Shown piece after piece: positions 20,681-24,053 of a DNA stretch of 24,053 nt. The translations under genes and the position numbers were made by a program. Below the pieces are notes generated by a model. That model made no database searches, had not been told where the DNA came from, and saw only the letters and a list, made by a program, of their open reading frames with translations. Within the stretch, counting starts at the first letter, position 1. Each line of letters opens with the position of its first letter. The DNA lies in contig JBNGIO010006163.1 in NCBI GenBank assembly GCA_049999805.1, positions 126,107 through 150,159 on the forward strand, in the 5' to 3' direction. The DNA is from Folioceros fuciformis. Lineage: Eukaryota.

Positions 20681-23188
20681 ATGAGGTCGCAACGAGAGTT
20701 ACTGCCAGGAGTAACGGTACTTGAGTAGGAGGGAGAATCCCGTGTACCGAAGATTGATGTGCTCATGTGGCCCAACATGGAGCACTGGAGGGTCAGAGCC
20801 GGGGGATTGGTCGGAGAACTGGGCCTCGGGTTCATGACCCAGAGCTAGAACCATGTGGCGCGACAGCTAGTCAGGGAGTGCGCACTGAAGATGAGAGAGC
20901 TTGTTCGGGAAGAAGGAATTTGCGGCAGACCCTAGGAGTGGAACCTGGAGCTAGTAAGGCGGGTGTATGGCTATGATCAGCAGGAGGAGGGAGGACTGGT
21001 GCTGGAGTCCTTGAAGAAACGAAGCGGTATAGCGGACGCCGAGGTGCTGCTCAAGCCAGGCACCAAGGAAGCCAATGGATGGCTAGTCCGCGATATGGCC
21101 AACTCCCAGCTGATGGGTCTGGCCAGGTGGTTCCTGTGTTTCTTGCAGGTTGGCAAGCAGGATTATCTGTCCAATCAGATGCTCCTGTTTGTGCACGAGG
21201 TGGTCAAGGGGAGCAAGGTGGATTGGGGGAAAATCCTGTACACCAGGATGGACGAGGAGAGGCAAAATCTAACTCTGTCCTCCTCCCGCCCTTCGATGAT
21301 TTCCCCTTTCCTCATTCATATCTACGGATATGCTAATCTCGTGTCCGAGTTGGAAGTGCTAGCCTCGCTGCATATGTGGAGGCCGATAAGGGACGTGAAG
21401 TGGAAGCCCGCCGAACCAGTAGGAGCCAACTCCAACAGCTGAGTCGGGGGGTGTAGATAGTTCGGAGGAGGGGACCCCCGCCAAGCAATAGAGGAAGGTC
21501 GGGTCAGGGAAAAAGACTCCCGCCCAGAGGAGACGGGCCAGTGGTCAGATTGTCGGAAAAGGGAGCGGGTCGGCGTCACAGGGGATAGTCCAGGAACGGG
21601 TTGAGGGGGAGCAGGGAGCTGTTCAAGAACGAGCAGACCAAGAGCTGGCAGAGCAGGAATCGAACAAAGAGGAATTGGAAGCACCTCAGGAGCAGATGCT
21701 AGCGAGGGAAGTGGCCCCTCCTGAGGAGAGGAGTGAATTAGGGCACGTTCCGGAGCAGGAAGTCTTCCCAGAATGGGAAGATGTTTTAAGAAAAATTCCT
21801 CAGGAGGATAGGCTGCAGATAAAGGAGCTGGAGAAGTTACGAGTGTTGCTGGGAAGGCGGATAACCCAGAGGGAAATGGCTCCGGTGGAGTCGCAGGAGG
21901 TGAATATGCCAGAACTAACCTTAGTCGTGGTGCAGACACAAGCGGATGTATTGGACCAGGTGGCTAGGGCATTGACTTGGCTGAGCAGGCAGGCGGAGAA
22001 GGAGGCCGAGGCCCAAAGTAGGGAGGCAGAGGCAAGAAGAAAGGAGTCAGAAGCCTGGAGATAGCTGGCGGAGTATGAGACGACACGACGACTCCTGAAA
22101 GAAGAGCAGCGGGTCCTGAGTGAGGGCAAAGCACAAGTAGAAGAAGAGGCGCGCCAGGCCAAGGTAGAGATCCAGGCGCTAGTGGAGCAACAGGAGTCGC
22201 TCCTAGCTCAAGTGAGGGTAGCCCATGAGACTAATTTGGAGATACAGCAGGAGATGGCTAAGGCTCAGAAGCAGGAGATGGCCGCGATGGAACAAGTCCA
22301 GAAGCTGGTGGATAGGTACAAACGGGAGCAGGACGAGGCCAGGGAGCGAATAAAAGGGAAAGGCAAGGCTGGGCGCAATAGCTGGACGGCGACGCCGGTA
22401 GCCGAAGGGGCTACCGGTAGTCGAGTCCCTGAACCGGTAGCCGACGGGGCTACCGGTAGTCGAGTCCCCGAATCGGTAGCCGACGGGGCTACCGGTAGCC
22501 AAGCAACACAGCCGGTTGCCGATAGGGCTACCGGTAGTCGAATGACGATACCAGTAGCCCCTCCAGGTGTCTCGCGACACCTGAAATAGGCGAAGGGGCT
22601 ACCGGTGGAGGAGGAATGACGCTGGTAGTTGAAACCATGACCCCTGTAGCCAAAGAAGTAAGGGCAGAGGCACCTGTGCCTAGGCGTTCCAAAAGGGCGA
22701 CTCGCACCATGCGAACTGAGCTGGGGGAAGCAGCAGCTAGAGGGATGGAGGACTCTCAGGTACCCCATGAGAGCAGGGGACAGGCAGCCCGAGGTAGCCC
22801 AAGGGAAGAAGGGGTAAGCACCTTCTTTATGATAGAGGGTCCGATTATACTGCACTATGAGGAGAAGGCCTCTTATGTGCTGGGTCTCTATGTGGAAGGA
22901 GCCCGAGTTCTGAAGTTGTTTTTGTATGTACGTATGGGCACAGGAGGGACGCGGGGCTACGACCTACAACTGAAGACCCGCAGGGGCATCTACTACTACC
23001 GCTGGCGGGTATGGGGGCTGCCTCATTGCTATTCCGAGGCAGTCCTAGAGGAACTGACGGAGGAGGAGGCGCAACAATGGGTTGAGCGAGAGCCTGTCCT
23101 CATCCTTAGTAATCGGCGACATAGGAAGGAGAGGGATTCCCTACGACGGGACCCACCTGCGCTGCCGCCAGCAACAACAGTGAGGTAG
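20681..23188 (+). pseudogene. Broken ~830-codon retroelement accessory ORF (plant-transposon-protein-like N-terminus, coiled coil, 13-aa repeats)
   Basis: ATG 20681 reads through three TAG stops into ORF 20963-21442 (GICGRP*EW..RRVYGY..NGWLVRD..VDWGKILY..SPFLIHIY). A frameshift near 21420 and one TAG join ORF 21675, a TAG at 22062-22064 joins ORF 22182 (E/Q/A/K-rich coiled coil), and a frameshift near 22570 joins ORF 22616-23188. Confidence 0.7.
22395..22607 (+). repeat. 39-bp palindromic tandem repeat (four full copies plus degenerate ones) encoding PVADGATGSRVPE-like units
   Basis: Units at 22395, 22434, 22473, 22512, with partial copies at 22551 and ~22590. Core ccggtagcc-N5-ggctaccgg is a 9-bp inverted repeat. 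Confidence 0.92.
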
Positions 23189-24053
23189 AGGTCGTATGGG
23201 AGGACCTACCTGACCAACGGCGGGGTAGGAGGGCGTGAGGTGGACCAATAGGGGGAGGAGCGCGACGACCAAGAGGGAGGCGCCAGTGGCCAAGAGAGAG
23301 GCGATAGTAATTACGGTCTAGACTAGTTTTTTTAGATTGTTGTTGCTTGGACCTAAGCCGCTCAACATTTAAGGGCGCTAACTGACCCTTGACAGACTTT
23401 ATGGCGGGAAGACCGCCTCTACTGTGTACAAGAGGCCAGTTTGGGGCCTCAGAAAAATCAGCAAGAAACTAGCTTGACATTCCGGCGAGGGGGCGAGTTG
23501 GAGAAGAACACCAAGAGTTGGGTATGGATTGAGACGAGAGAGTGTCTGAGTAAGAGCGCCGAAGGGCGCGTGTTGGAATGTGGTGCTGGGTGACTGACCT
23601 GGTGTGAGCTGTGAGTGGACGCGGGTCGCGAGTGTGGCGATCGCAGAAGGAAGGAGTGTGACTGAACGACTATGGCGACGGTGTGCGAGCTGACGATGGG
23701 ATGGAAGTTGAGCGGAGGAACCGCAGAATCGGAATGGTGAGTGTGGGCGCCGTGGGGGTATGGTTGCGGCTGACGAGAGAATGCATGGGGTGAGAGGGTG
23801 ACGAGAACTAGATGTGACTATGTGTCGTGACGAAATGTCGTGAAGAGAAGAGGGGTCTGTAGGTGTATGTATACCTGAAGCGCAGGGACGCGCATGAAGG
23901 GGTGTGGGAAGTCTGGCTTGAGGTTGTGAGCAGAACAGGGCAGTGGGTGAAAGCGTGCTGACTGATTTAAAGATTAGGATCGAGGAGGCAAGGAGATCGA
24001 GATCTTGCAAGGCGAGAGTGAAAGTAGAAGAGATATTTTTATTTCAGACCATG

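Larger units (their letters stand above)
20121..23394. mobile_element. LTR-retrotransposon-related segment (LTR-like end plus accessory-ORF region; no gag/pol in window)
   Basis: AT-rich to GC-rich shift from around 20121. Starts TGTGAAG (- strand ...TCTTCACA, LTR-end-like), has TATA-like tataaataccc (- strand, ~20163-20173) and ctatatat (~20285), and carries a decayed ORF of the bryophyte retroelement-associated type. Candidate right end CTTGACA at 23388-23394. No TSD, PBS or clear PPT confirmed. Confidence 0.6.

Noticed and set aside
22395..22607. CRISPR-like array of palindromic repeats
   Set aside because: Linkers are only ~16 nt and the first two are nearly identical; the period is an in-frame 39 nt in a eukaryotic TE ORF; no cas genes.
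23395..23415. tggcgggaag as a primer-binding site after CTTGACA
   Set aside because: It starts 7 nt from the CA end and I cannot match it to a known plant tRNA 3' end.
23399..24010. 203-aa - strand ORF as a real gene
   Set aside because: Non-ATG start, Ser/Pro/His-rich low complexity explained by the base skew, no domain motif.

Overview
Eukaryotic nuclear DNA from a compact-genome seed-free land plant, most likely a hornwort (inferred from ~85-220 nt introns, an axonemal dynein, and a PLS-PPR protein with the PGxSWW motif). Bases 1-12030 (- strand) hold the 5' ~2470 codons of an inner-arm I1-beta axonemal dynein heavy chain (Chlamydomonas DHC10 / DNAH2 type). I walked 39 exons in phase; two introns appear to use GC donors, and the gene runs off the left edge. 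Head-to-head with it is an intronless PLS-class PPR RNA-editing factor (13187-16648, +). It has ~29 PPR motifs, E1, E2 and a WW-type PG box, followed by a frameshifted relic of the start of a DYW domain. Bases 17.4-20.1 kb are decayed mobile DNA: a pseudogenised DUF7869/Sola-like DDE transposase and several short tandem duplications. From 20121 there is a GC-rich, LTR-retroelement-like unit with a broken ~830-codon accessory ORF containing a 39-bp hairpin repeat array. I found no rRNA, tRNA or CRISPR array, and no clearly new biological system. The best leads are the decaying DYW:WW tail, a chimeric PPR motif, and the TG...CA-bounded ORF-carrying unit.
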